64,000 nt of DNA from Candidatus Rokuibacteriota bacterium. GTDB taxonomy: Bacteria > Methylomirabilota > Methylomirabilia > Rokubacteriales > CSP1-6. The notes below the pieces were generated by a model. It had not been told where the DNA came from. It saw only the letters and a program-made list of their open reading frames with translations, and did not search any database. Below are positions 1 to 8,685 of this stretch, piece after piece. Location: positions 13,809 through 77,808 of the forward strand of contig QHSR01000260.1 in assembly GCA_003221635.1 (NCBI GenBank), read 5' to 3'. The translations under genes and the position numbers were made by a program. The number at the start of each line of letters is the position of its first letter. Position 1 is the stretch's first letter.

Positions 1-72
1 ACCATGAAGGTGAAGCGCCGGGCGCTCGAGCAGCGCTACGCCGACCTGATCAAGGGCCTGTACCGAGACTAG
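1..72 (+). CDS. 3-prime end (last 23 codons) of a CDS that starts upstream of the window. By context it may be another component of the adjacent Liv-type ABC transporter
   Basis: Frame 1 is open from base 1 to TAG 70-72 (..KRRALEQRYADLIKGLYRD*), 14 nt before the next start. Too short to identify. Confidence 0.3.
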   Translation, partial: TMKVKRRALEQRYADLIKGLYRD

Positions 73-86
73 CTCAGGCGACGCGA

Positions 87-1067
87 ATGGACCTGATCGA
101 GTCCTACGCCCAAGACCTCCGCTTCGCGCGGCGGCGCATCTCGCGGGCGCTCCTCGGCCTGCTCCTGGCGGCGCTCGCCGCGGTGCCGTGGGTCGCGCCC
201 GATCACGTTGTGTTCCTCGGCACCCTGATCGCGCTCTACGCGATCGGGGTGATGGGCCAGAACCTCCTGATCGGTTACACGGGTCAGATCTCGTTCGGTC
301 AGGCCGGGTTTCTCGCGATCGGCGCCTTCGCGTTCGGCCACGTGCGCGCCTGGGGCGCGCCGTTCCCGGTGGCCCTGGCGGGAGCCGGCGCCGTCGCGGC
401 CCTGGCCGGCGTGGTCGTCGGCTTCCCGTCGCTCAGGCTCAAGGGACCCTACCTGTCGATCGCGACGCTCGGCTTCGGCGTCGCCGTCTACCAGAGCTTC
501 GTGAATTGGGAGGTGCTCTCGGGCGGGCGTTCGGGCCTCTCGATCGCCAGGCTCAGGCCGATGCTGGGTCTCACGGGCACGCAGACCGTTTACTACGTCT
601 ACCTCCTGCTGCTCGCCGCATTCACGTTCGCGACCTACAACATCGTCTCGTCCTATGTCGGCCGGGCCTTCGTGGCGATTCGCGACTCGGACATCGCCGC
701 GGAGGTCAACGGCGTGAATTTGACGCGCTACAAGCTCCTGGCGTTCGCGATCTCGTCCTTCTACACGGGGGTCCACGGCGCACTGTACGCCCAGGTGCTC
801 GGCCACATCGAGCCGCAGATCTTCAACCTCGGCGAGTCGCTCACGCTCTTCGTCGCGGTGATCATCGGGGGGGTCGCGTCGATCGAAGGGTCGATCCTGG
901 GCGCCGCCTTCGTCCTGCTCGTCCCCAGGGTGTTGTCGGAATTCCGGGAGATGGTCCCCCTCGTCTACGGCGTGACGATCCTCATCGTGCTCATCTTCGA
1001 ACCGCTCGGCCTGTTCGGGCGGTGGCTGAAGACGCGGCTGTACTTCCAGCTCTGGCCCTTCCGATGA
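87..1067 (+). CDS. livM: branched-chain amino acid ABC transporter permease, LivM type
   Basis: 326-aa multi-TM ORF with GQNLLIGYTGQISFGQAGFLAIGAF permease signature, followed by a LivH-type partner. Confidence 0.85.
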   Translation: MDLIESYAQDLRFARRRISRALLGLLLAALAAVPWVAPDHVVFLGTLIALYAIGVMGQNLLIGYTGQISFGQAGFLAIGAFAFGHVRAWGAPFPVALAGAGAVAALAGVVVGFPSLRLKGPYLSIATLGFGVAVYQSFVNWEVLSGGRSGLSIARLRPMLGLTGTQTVYYVYLLLLAAFTFATYNIVSSYVGRAFVAIRDSDIAAEVNGVNLTRYKLLAFAISSFYTGVHGALYAQVLGHIEPQIFNLGESLTLFVAVIIGGVASIEGSILGAAFVLLVPRVLSEFREMVPLVYGVTILIVLIFEPLGLFGRWLKTRLYFQLWPFR

Positions 1068-1122
1068 TGACGCCTGCGGGAGATGGGTCGGCCCGGCGCC
1101 GGCGCCGCGGGGACTGAGCACC

Positions 1123-2004
1123 ATGGAGAAGCTCCTCCAGTACGCGCTGACGGGGCTCGCGGCCGGGAGCCTCTATGCGCTCGTAGCCCTTGGTGTCGTG
1201 CTGATCTACCGCTCCACGCGCGTGCTGAACTTCGCCCACGGCGACATCGCCACGCTCGCCACGTTCGTGTCCTTCTCGCTTCTCAGCAAGGGCTACTCCT
1301 TTCCCCTCGCGCTGACGGTGAGCCTGATCGTCGGCGCCGCCGTCGGCGTCGCGTTCTACTTCGGCGTGCTCGTGAAGGCGCAGCGCGAGGGGGCGAACCT
1401 GTTGGGCATGGTGATTCTGACGCTGGGGCTCGCGCTGATCATCCAGGGCGCGGTCGTATGGTGGTGGGGTGCCGAGCCCGTCTCGTTACCCTTTCCGATC
1501 TCCGACACCAAGACGTACAGGCTCGGCCCGGTGGTGGTGAGCCAGCTCGCGATCGCGACGATGGCGGCCGGACTCGTCGGGAGCGTCCTCCTCTACCTCC
1601 TCGTCCAGAGGACGCGCCTCGGGCTTGCGATGCGGGCGACGTCGGAGAACGTGATGGCCGCCCAGACTCTCGGGATCCCCACGCGCATGGTGTTGAGCGT
1701 CTCCTGGGGGGTCGCCTCGGCGCTGGGCGTCGTCGCCGGGATCTTCCTGGCGCCGGCGCTGCTGCTCGACCCGTTCTTCATGCTGGACCCGTTTCTCAAG
1801 GGCTTCGCCGCCGCCGTGCTCGGCGGCCTGAACAGCCTGCCCGGCGCGGTAGTGGGCGCGGTCATCCTCGGGGTTGCCGAGAGCCTGACCGGCGCCTATC
1901 TGAGCATCCAGTTCAAGAACACGCTCGCCTTCCTGATCATCATCGTCGTCCTGCTGCTCAGGCCCGAAGGACTCCTCGGAAAAGAGTTCAAAGAGCGCGT
2001 CTAG
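1123..2004 (+). CDS. livH: branched-chain amino acid ABC transporter permease, LivH type
   Basis: 293-aa ORF. N-terminus MEKLLQYALTGLAAGSLYALVALGVVLIYRSTRVLNFAHGD is typical of LivH permeases. Confidence 0.88.
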   Translation: MEKLLQYALTGLAAGSLYALVALGVVLIYRSTRVLNFAHGDIATLATFVSFSLLSKGYSFPLALTVSLIVGAAVGVAFYFGVLVKAQREGANLLGMVILTLGLALIIQGAVVWWWGAEPVSLPFPISDTKTYRLGPVVVSQLAIATMAAGLVGSVLLYLLVQRTRLGLAMRATSENVMAAQTLGIPTRMVLSVSWGVASALGVVAGIFLAPALLLDPFFMLDPFLKGFAAAVLGGLNSLPGAVVGAVILGVAESLTGAYLSIQFKNTLAFLIIIVVLLLRPEGLLGKEFKERV

Positions 2005-2006
2005 CG

Positions 2007-2036
2007 GGCGGCGAGACGCCTTCCGGCGTCGCCGCC
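2007..2036 (+). terminator. GC-rich hairpin right after the livH stop (putative terminator, no clear U-run)
   Basis: GGCGGC-GA-GACGCC ttcc GGCGTC-GCCGCC: 6+6 bp stem with a 2-nt bulge and a 4-nt loop. Confidence 0.35.
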
Positions 2037-2050
2037 GCCACATCGCGTGT

Positions 2051-2099
2051 TTGCCGCCGGGCCGGCGTTCGTTTACACTTCACTGAACAGTCGTTCAGT
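2051..2099 (+). promoter_or_regulatory. putative sigma70-type promoter (TTGCCG-17-TACACT) overlapped by a perfect palindromic operator ACTGAAC-agtc-GTTCAGT
   Basis: -35 at 2051-2056, -10 at 2074-2079, palindrome at 2082-2099 with 7-nt perfectly complementary arms. The GGAGGAG RBS and ATG 2118 follow. Confidence 0.35.
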
Positions 2100-2117
2100 C
2101 CTCAGGGAGGAGACTCG

Positions 2118-2873
2118 ATGGATCGCCCCATCGCATATGACAAGCTCGCGCGGGAGGATCGATTCGTCAGGATGCGCGCGCGCGAAGTCGCAGAGCTCAA
2201 AGTCGCCCAGGGCCTTCCACCGTTCCCCGACTTGTCGAGCCCGGAGTCCATCAAAGAACGGGTCCACGGGATCATGGTCGGCGAGCTGCAGGCGATGGAG
2301 GGTGCCGGCCGGACCGTGTGCGACTTCCCGGATGCGCCATGGGAATTCACGATGGACATGGCACGGCAGGTCTGGGACGAGTCGCGGCACGTCGAGATCT
2401 ACCTGCGGCTGCTCGAGCACCTCAACGGATACGCCGGGGAATTCCCGGAGACGACCATCCTCTGGCGCTGCGCCTGCGCCGAGGACGCGGCGGCCCGCGT
2501 CGCGGGCGTCAACCGCGGCCTCGAGGGCCTGGCGTGCGACGTCTTCAACCAGCTCGTGCACATCGCGCGGAAGATTGGCGACCCGATCCTCGAACGCGCC
2601 GTCGACTTCGTGCTGGCCGACGAGATCACCCACGTGCGCATGGGCTCAAAATGGCTGACGAAGCTGACCGAAGGCGATGCCGAGCGGCGGCGGCGGGCAA
2701 TCGAGTTCCAGGAAAACATCGACGAGCGTTTCAACCTGGGCGGGGTCCGGCGCGACGGCGACCATGATGCCGTGTCCATCTCCATCGCGACCGATGTGCG
2801 ACGGATGGCGGGGTTCACCGAAGAGGAGATCGAGCGTCTGATCAAGACGACCCAGCGGTCTCAAGTCTACTGA
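2118..2873 (+). CDS. ferritin-like di-iron protein, DUF455-like (function unknown)
   Basis: Real start is ATG 2118 after GGAGGAG (the 596-aa ORF 1083-2873 is an artefact upstream of this). Two E...ExxH half-sites: GELQAMEG/WDESRHVE and GLEGLACD/LADEITHVRMGSKW. Confidence 0.8.
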   Translation: MDRPIAYDKLAREDRFVRMRAREVAELKVAQGLPPFPDLSSPESIKERVHGIMVGELQAMEGAGRTVCDFPDAPWEFTMDMARQVWDESRHVEIYLRLLEHLNGYAGEFPETTILWRCACAEDAAARVAGVNRGLEGLACDVFNQLVHIARKIGDPILERAVDFVLADEITHVRMGSKWLTKLTEGDAERRRRAIEFQENIDERFNLGGVRRDGDHDAVSISIATDVRRMAGFTEEEIERLIKTTQRSQVY

Positions 2874-2878
2874 CGCGC

Positions 2879-3862
2879 GTGCCGCAGCCCCTGGAAGGAA
2901 CCTTCAGCGCAGACCACTCCGCCCGCCTGCTGCGTAACTATCGGTACGTGGTCGAACGCACGATGCGGGCCCTCGGCGGCTGGATCGCGCTCACGCCCGA
3001 GCTCTCCGCAAAGCTTCTCATGGGTCGCCACGTCTGGGACCTGGCCCAGCAGTGTGACGCGTTCGGTCGCCGCCTTCCCGAGCTTCGTGCCCATGCTCAC
3101 GTCTCCGAAGCCGCGAATCCGGCCGTCGCAACCTTCATGGATTGCCTCGAGGAACCCGAGGGACCGGATCAGACGGTGGAGCGATTGGTCGGCGTCTATT
3201 CGGTTCTGAAGCCGCACCTCCTGGCGACGTATCGCGACCATCTGGCCCGCGCCAACCCGGTCTACGAGCCGCCGACCCGGCGAATCCTCGCGCGGTGCAT
3301 CGACGACGAGGAGCGGCACATCGCCGCAGGCGAGACGGCCCTGGGCCATCTTGCCGGCGCACCGTCGGTGAAGGAGCGTGCGGTGTCGCGGCAAAGACGA
3401 CTGCAAGGGTTGCTGGCGGCCGCCGGCGGGGTGACGGGAGAAGGGCTGGCCTCGGCCCAAGAGCCGGCCGCCGAACCGCTCCGGGCCGATCTGTCTGACG
3501 ATGTGCGGGAGCTCATCCGCCTGGAGACGGCTACGACCACGTGGCCCGTGCCCGAGGGCCTGGGCGATGCGCTCCGATCGCTCGCGGAGGCGCTTGTGGC
3601 CGGCGACGAGGAAGGGCTGGGGCGTTGGCTCGCGCCCGGCCTGGCCATCGGGGCGACGCCGTGGGCGCAGCTACGTGGTGCCCGCTACTCGGGCTATCGG
3701 ATCGTCGCGTTCGCGCGGCTCGGCGACCAGCGCCTCGTGAAGACGAGGCTCGACGGCGCCGCGAGCTCGGCGGTCGTGCTGGCCCGCTGGGCGTCCTTCC
3801 AAGGAAGCTGGCATGTGGCTGCTCTCGACGTCGTCGGGCGCGAAGGCGTCCGCCCGGCCTGA
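2879..3862 (+). CDS. hypothetical protein: helical ferritin-like N-terminal half plus an NTF2/SnoaL-like C-terminal domain (tentative)
   Basis: 327-aa ORF with GTG start 5 nt after the previous stop. One clear ExxH (DDEERHIAAGE). C-terminal YSGYRIVAFARLGDQRLVKTRLDG..WHVAALDV looks like a cone-fold domain. Codon bias is consistent with coding. Confidence 0.6.
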   Translation: MPQPLEGTFSADHSARLLRNYRYVVERTMRALGGWIALTPELSAKLLMGRHVWDLAQQCDAFGRRLPELRAHAHVSEAANPAVATFMDCLEEPEGPDQTVERLVGVYSVLKPHLLATYRDHLARANPVYEPPTRRILARCIDDEERHIAAGETALGHLAGAPSVKERAVSRQRRLQGLLAAAGGVTGEGLASAQEPAAEPLRADLSDDVRELIRLETATTTWPVPEGLGDALRSLAEALVAGDEEGLGRWLAPGLAIGATPWAQLRGARYSGYRIVAFARLGDQRLVKTRLDGAASSAVVLARWASFQGSWHVAALDVVGREGVRPA

Positions 3863-3868
3863 TCGACG

Positions 3869-5215
3869 TTGATCCGCACGGTCCTGGTCGCCAATCGGGG
3901 AGAAATCGCGCGGCGGGTCTTCCGGGCCTGCCGTCTGCTCGGTCTCAAGACCGTCGCGGTGTACTCGGAGGCCGATCGCGAAGCGCCCCATGTGCGTGAC
4001 GCCGACGAGGCCGTCGCGATCGGTGGCGCCCCGGCCCGCGAGAGCTATCTCAACGCCGATCGCATTCTCGAAGCGGCGGGGCATGCCGGGGCCGACGCGA
4101 TCCACCCCGGCTACGGCTTTCTTTCCGAGAACTGGCGCTTCGCCGACGCCGTCGAGCGGGCGAGGATTGTGTTCATCGGTCCCCGACCGGAGGCGATCAG
4201 GAAGATGGGGGACAAGATCGAAGCGCGGCGGTTGATGGCGGCTGCCGGGGTCCCCGTGTTACCCGGCAGCTTCGAGCCGGTAGCAGATGTCGGCGCGGCC
4301 GAGGCCGTGGCCCGCGAGGTCGGCTTCCCGGTCTTCCTCAAGGCAGCGGCCGGTGGTGGCGGCATCGGGATGGCGCGCGTCGACAAGCCCGCGGATCTCG
4401 CGAGCGCGTTCGCCACGGCGACTCGCCGCGCCCAGGCGGCGTTCGGCACCGCTGAGCTCTACATCGAGCGCTGTCTCGAGCGCCCTCGGCACGTCGAGGT
4501 CCAGGTCTTCGGGGACGGCACTGGACAAGTCGTGCACCTCCACGAGCGCGAGTGCTCGATCCAGCGCCGTCATCAGAAGCTCGTGGAGGAATCGCCCGCG
4601 CCGAACTTGCCCGGGCCCAGCAAGGCGGGGCTGACGGCCGCGGCGGTCGCCGGCGCTCGCGCGATCAGCTATACGAACGCGGGCACGATGGAGTTTCTCG
4701 TGGACGAGGGCGGCGGCTTCTACTTCCTCGAAATGAACGCTCGGCTCCAGGTGGAGCACCCCGTCACCGAGGAGGTGACGGGCCTCGATCTCGTCGTCGC
4801 TCAGATCCGGGTCGCGGCGGGGGAGCCGCTACCCTGGCGCCAGAGCGAGGTCGTCCAGCACAGAGCGGCGATCGAATGCCGAGTGTATGCCGAGGACCCG
4901 TCGAAGGGCTTCCTGCCCTCCCCCGGCACGGTGCAGAAGCTCGAGCTGCCGTCCGGGGAAGGAATCCGGATCGAGTCCGGAGTCGAGGTCGGGAGCACAG
5001 TGTCCGTGCACTACGACCCGTTGCTCCTCAAGCTGATCGCCCACGGGGCCACGCGACAGCGGGCGGTGGAGCGGATGGCGGATGCCCTCGACCAGTGCGT
5101 GGTCGAGGGCGTGCGGACCACCATTCCGTTCCTTCGCCGGGTCATCGCGAGCGGCGAGTTCCGGGGAGGCCGCGTGCACACGCAGCTGCTCGAACAAGGA
5201 GCCTTCAATGCCTGA
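3869..5215 (+). CDS. biotin carboxylase (AccC-type ATP-grasp enzyme)
   Basis: 448 aa. MIRTVLVANRGEIARRV.. N-terminus, ATP-grasp core and EMNARLQVEHPVTE motif. Confidence 0.9.
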   Translation: MIRTVLVANRGEIARRVFRACRLLGLKTVAVYSEADREAPHVRDADEAVAIGGAPARESYLNADRILEAAGHAGADAIHPGYGFLSENWRFADAVERARIVFIGPRPEAIRKMGDKIEARRLMAAAGVPVLPGSFEPVADVGAAEAVAREVGFPVFLKAAAGGGGIGMARVDKPADLASAFATATRRAQAAFGTAELYIERCLERPRHVEVQVFGDGTGQVVHLHERECSIQRRHQKLVEESPAPNLPGPSKAGLTAAAVAGARAISYTNAGTMEFLVDEGGGFYFLEMNARLQVEHPVTEEVTGLDLVVAQIRVAAGEPLPWRQSEVVQHRAAIECRVYAEDPSKGFLPSPGTVQKLELPSGEGIRIESGVEVGSTVSVHYDPLLLKLIAHGATRQRAVERMADALDQCVVEGVRTTIPFLRRVIASGEFRGGRVHTQLLEQGAFNA

Positions 5216-5423
5216 GGAGATCAAGGCGCACATCACCGGGGTCGTGTTTCAGGTCACCACGAAGCCCGGCGACCGCGTCGCGGCCGGTGACGCGGTGATC
5301 GTCCTCGAGTCGATGAAGATGGAGATCCCGGTGGAAGCGCCGCGGGCCGGGGCGGTGAAGGAGATCAAGGTCCAGGAGGGACAGACCGTCCAGGAGGGCG
5401 ACGTCGTCGCCGTGCTGGAGTAG
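5208..5423 (+). CDS. small biotinyl-carrier domain protein (71 aa)
   Basis: ATG 5208 overlaps the biotin carboxylase stop by 8 nt. Biotinylation motif VLESMKMEIPVEAP. Confidence 0.8.
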   Translation: MPEEIKAHITGVVFQVTTKPGDRVAAGDAVIVLESMKMEIPVEAPRAGAVKEIKVQEGQTVQEGDVVAVLE

Positions 5424-5445
5424 GGGGGCCATCAGGGCCCCCCTA
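5421..5445. terminator. bidirectional hairpin between convergent carrier-protein gene and rpoD
   Basis: TAGGGGGGCC atcag GGCCCCCCTA: 10-bp stem and 5-nt loop. Confidence 0.45.
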
Positions 5446-5450
5446 CCCAA

Positions 5451-6947
5451 TCAGTTCTCGATGAAGGCGCGGAGGTTGCGGCCGCGCAGGGGGTGACGAA
5501 GCTTCCTGAGCGCCTTGGCCTCGATCTGCCGGATACGCTCGCGCGTCACGTCAAAGCGCTTGCCGACCTCTTCGAGCGTGTGTTCGCCCTCCTCCCCGAT
5601 GCCGAATCGGAGGCGAAGAATCTCCTTTTCCTTCGGCGAGAGCATCGACAGCGCCCGCTCAACCTGCGTGGTGAGGTCCTGGTTGAGCAGCGACTCATTG
5701 GGCGAGCCGGCCGACTTGTCCTCGAGGAAATCGCCCAGCTCGGAGTCCTCCCCGATCGGCGTCTCGAGCGAGAGCGGCTTCCGCGACGACTCGAGGATGA
5801 GCCGGACTTTCTTCGCCGGCACCCCGGTGCGCTGAGCGAGCTCCTCGGGGGTCGGCTCGCGTCCGATCTCGTTGACCAGGTTGCGGTTCACGCGCGAGAT
5901 CCGGTTGAGGGTCTCGACCATGTGAACCGGGATCCGGATCGTTCGCGAGTGGTCCGCGATCGCCCGGGTGATCGCCTGACGGATCCACCATGTCGCGTAC
6001 GTCGAGAACTTGAAGCCGCGACGGTACTGGAACCGGTCGACGGCCTTCATGAGCCCGATGTTCCCTTCCTGGACGAGGTCCAGCAGCGAAAGGTCGCTCC
6101 CCAGGTACCGCTTGGCGACCGAGACGACCAGACGCAGGTTTGCCTCCATCAGCTCGCGCTTCGCCTGGCGCACGGTACGGTCGCTCCGCTCGATCTGCTC
6201 GAGGAGTGGGCCGAGCTGCTTGCGGGGGAGCCCCGTATGCTTCTCGAGCGCGCGCAGCTCGCGTGCGGCCGCCGGGGTGTGCCCGCGGCGGCTGGCGCGG
6301 TCGAGCACGCTGATCTGCTCCCAGCGGCGTCGCACCTGCGCGACCAGCTCGTCGATCAGCGCGGGCTTGAGCGGCATCTCCGCGACGGTCTTCTGGATCG
6401 CCTGCCGAGCGGCGTCGATCGCTGTGCCGGTGACCTTGCGATAGGCCTTCGACCGTCGCTTCGCGGTGAGCGACGCCTGGAGCCTGGCGATCTTGCGCTC
6501 GAGGCGGCGCATCCGTTCAAAGGCCAGGATCACGGGCCGGATCGCCTTCGCCTCGAGCTCACCACCCTCCGGCAAGACGATCACGTCGTCAGCGGGAGTC
6601 TCGCCGCGCCGCAGCTTGTCGCCGACGGCAAGCAGAACCTCGACCGCCATCGGAATGCCGGCGAGGGTACGCCGGAGGGCGATCTGGCCGACTTCGATGC
6701 GCCGCCCGATCTGGACCTCCTGGGCCGCGGTAAGCAGAGAGACTTTGCCGATTTCCTTGAGGTAGAGGCGGACCGGGTCTTCGCCCTTCGTCGGGTAAGA
6801 CCCGTGCGTGTCCTCGGCGGTCGCCCGGGGGGTCTCCTCGGCCTCGTCGTCGACAAGGATCGGCGCCTCCCGCTCGTCCGTCGGTGCCAGCCCAACCGAG
6901 GCCGCCGAGCTGCCCTCGGCGGCATCGCGAGTTTCCCTGAATGTCAT
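5451..6947 (-). CDS. rpoD: RNA polymerase primary-type sigma factor (sigma-70 family)
   Basis: 498 aa. Region 1.2 [11 protein letters not shown], region 2 [27 protein letters not shown], and regions 3 and 4 are present. Confidence 0.92.
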   Translation of the reverse strand: MTFRETRDAAEGSSAASVGLAPTDEREAPILVDDEAEETPRATAEDTHGSYPTKGEDPVRLYLKEIGKVSLLTAAQEVQIGRRIEVGQIALRRTLAGIPMAVEVLLAVGDKLRRGETPADDVIVLPEGGELEAKAIRPVILAFERMRRLERKIARLQASLTAKRRSKAYRKVTGTAIDAARQAIQKTVAEMPLKPALIDELVAQVRRRWEQISVLDRASRRGHTPAAARELRALEKHTGLPRKQLGPLLEQIERSDRTVRQAKRELMEANLRLVVSVAKRYLGSDLSLLDLVQEGNIGLMKAVDRFQYRRGFKFSTYATWWIRQAITRAIADHSRTIRIPVHMVETLNRISRVNRNLVNEIGREPTPEELAQRTGVPAKKVRLILESSRKPLSLETPIGEDSELGDFLEDKSAGSPNESLLNQDLTTQVERALSMLSPKEKEILRLRFGIGEEGEHTLEEVGKRFDVTRERIRQIEAKALRKLRHPLRGRNLRAFIEN

Positions 6948-7257
6948 GGTGTCACCGACTTTCTTTCTTTGAGTTTCCTGTTGGTTCAGATGCGAAATCG
7001 GTCCCGAACGTTTCAGCCAACCGGACTTTCATCCCACGAGCATCCGGAGTAGGGTTTATCCCGCCATGACTTTACGGTGATTCCCTGAGTGCCAGCCGGT
7101 GCCTGGCCCCGCTTGCGCTCCGCCAGGCTTCTGACCGGGGGACTCGGCCGCCTATTCACGACGGGTGGGCCCTCGGTTCTAAACCGCGACGACCCTTGCG
7201 TGAGTTCCAAGTAAACGGGGAGACCCCCTGCCCGGAGCAGCGACTCCACGACCCGAC

Positions 7258-7291
7258 GAGGTCCGCGACCCGACGAGGTCCGCCTGGAGAG
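7258..7291 (+). repeat. perfect 17-nt tandem duplication CGACCCGACGAGGTCCG x2
   Basis: 7258-7274 is identical to 7275-7291, read directly, in the rpoD / malic enzyme intergenic region. Confidence 0.9.
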
Positions 7292-7306
7292 GGTAGAATC
7301 GACCGC

Positions 7307-7470
7307 GTGATCCCCCCGAGCGCGAGCTACAGCTTTATCGTCCGGCTACAGATCGCCAGCCGCCCGGGGTCGACCTCGTCGAGACGACACGCGAGCGGAC
7401 CGAGCGCGACATCACCGTCAAGGCGCGCGACAGCCTCCATGCGCAGCAGATTGTCAGGCGGCTGAGGCGG
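7307..7470 (+). pseudogene. disrupted N-terminal ACT-like domain of the malic enzyme gene
   Basis: GTG 7307 in frame 2 gives MIPPSASYSFIVRLQIASRPG. From about 7369, frame 1 gives VDLVETTRERTERDITVKARDSLHAQQIVRRLRRLAGV.., which continues into the malic enzyme ORF. The helix expected after RPG is absent. Confidence 0.45.
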
Positions 7471-8685
7471 TTGGCCGGTGTCCGCATCGGCGCTATCTCC
7501 GACCGCACGTTCCTCATGCACATGGGCGGCAAGATCGAGATCCGCAACAAGGTCCCGATTCGTACCCGGGATGATCTCTCGATGGCGTACACACCCGGCG
7601 TGGCGCGCGTCTGCCTTGCGATCCGGGACGACCGCCAGCGCGCCTTCTCGCTGACGATCAAACACAATATGGTCGCCGTGGTGACCGATGGCACGGCCGT
7701 GCTGGGGCTGGGCGACATCGGCCCGGAGGCGGCGCTGCCGGTGATGGAAGGCAAGGCGATGCTCTTCAAGGAGTTCGCCGGAGTCGACGCGTTTCCCATC
7801 TGCCTCGGCACGAAGGACGTCGACAAGATCGTGGAGACCGTGAAGCTCGTGGCGCCCGCGTTCGGTGGCATCAACCTGGAGGACATCGCGGCGCCTCGCT
7901 GTTTCGAGATCGAGGAGCGGCTCCGGAAGGAGCTCGATATTCCCGTGTTCCACGACGACCAGCACGGGACGGCGGTCGTGGTGCTGGCGGCCCTGGTCAA
8001 CGCGCTGAAGATCGTCCGCAAGGACGTGCGGCGGATCCGGGTCGTCGTGACGGGCGTGGGCGCGGCCGGCACTGCCACCATCAAGATTCTTCAGTCGAGC
8101 GGCGTGCGCGACATCATCGGCGTCGACGAGCACGGCACCATCCATCGCGGCCGGACACAGGGTATGGACTTCATGAAGCGGTGGGTCGGCGCCGCGACCA
8201 ACCCCCGTCAGGTCACGGGGGGCCTCGGCGCCGCGCTCGAGAGCGCGGATGTTTTCATCGGCCTCTCGGTTCCCGGGATCTTGAGGCCGCGCGACCTGAA
8301 GCGGATGGCGCGCGATCCGATCGTATTCGCCATGGCCAATCCGGAACCCGAGATACGTCCGGAAGAGGCGCACAGGCACGTTCGCATCATGGCGACCGGC
8401 CGCTCGGACTACCCGAACCAGATCAACAACGTGCTCTGCTTCCCCGGGTTCTTCCGGGGCCTCCTCGACGCCCGTGCCCGAGCGGTCAACGACGAGATGA
8501 AGCTCGCGGCCGCGCGGGCGCTGGCCGCGTGCGTGAGCCGGAGCGAGCTCGGAGAGGAGTACATCATCCCCAGCGTCTTCAACCGGGGCGTGGCGCCCGC
8601 CGTGGCCGAAGGGGTGGCGCGCGCCGCGCACGAGACCGCTGCTGCGCGTCGCGGCCGGCGTCTGGACCTTTCCGGAATCCGGTGA
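7471..8685 (+). CDS. NAD(P)-dependent malic enzyme (catalytic part; first in-frame start is TTG 7471)
   Basis: 404 aa. DLSMAYTPGVARV, VAVVTDGTAVLGLGDIGPEAALPVMEGKAMLFKEFAGVDAFPI, and Rossmann motif VVTGVGAAG. Confidence 0.88.
   Translation: MAGVRIGAISDRTFLMHMGGKIEIRNKVPIRTRDDLSMAYTPGVARVCLAIRDDRQRAFSLTIKHNMVAVVTDGTAVLGLGDIGPEAALPVMEGKAMLFKEFAGVDAFPICLGTKDVDKIVETVKLVAPAFGGINLEDIAAPRCFEIEERLRKELDIPVFHDDQHGTAVVVLAALVNALKIVRKDVRRIRVVVTGVGAAGTATIKILQSSGVRDIIGVDEHGTIHRGRTQGMDFMKRWVGAATNPRQVTGGLGAALESADVFIGLSVPGILRPRDLKRMARDPIVFAMANPEPEIRPEEAHRHVRIMATGRSDYPNQINNVLCFPGFFRGLLDARARAVNDEMKLAAARALAACVSRSELGEEYIIPSVFNRGVAPAVAEGVARAAHETAAARRGRRLDLSGIR

Noticed and set aside
1083-2873. 596-aa ORF spanning the livH region and the DUF455 gene
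   Set aside because: The first 345 codons or so overlap livH out of frame and read as Arg/Pro-rich nonsense. A GGAGGAG RBS and ATG at 2118 mark the real 251-aa gene.
6948-7306. 359-nt rpoD / malic-enzyme intergenic region examined for a tRNA, 6S-like or other structured RNA
   Set aside because: I could not identify a cloverleaf, a long closing helix or a conserved motif by eye. Only the 17-nt tandem duplication stands out. A covariance-model scan would be needed to say more.
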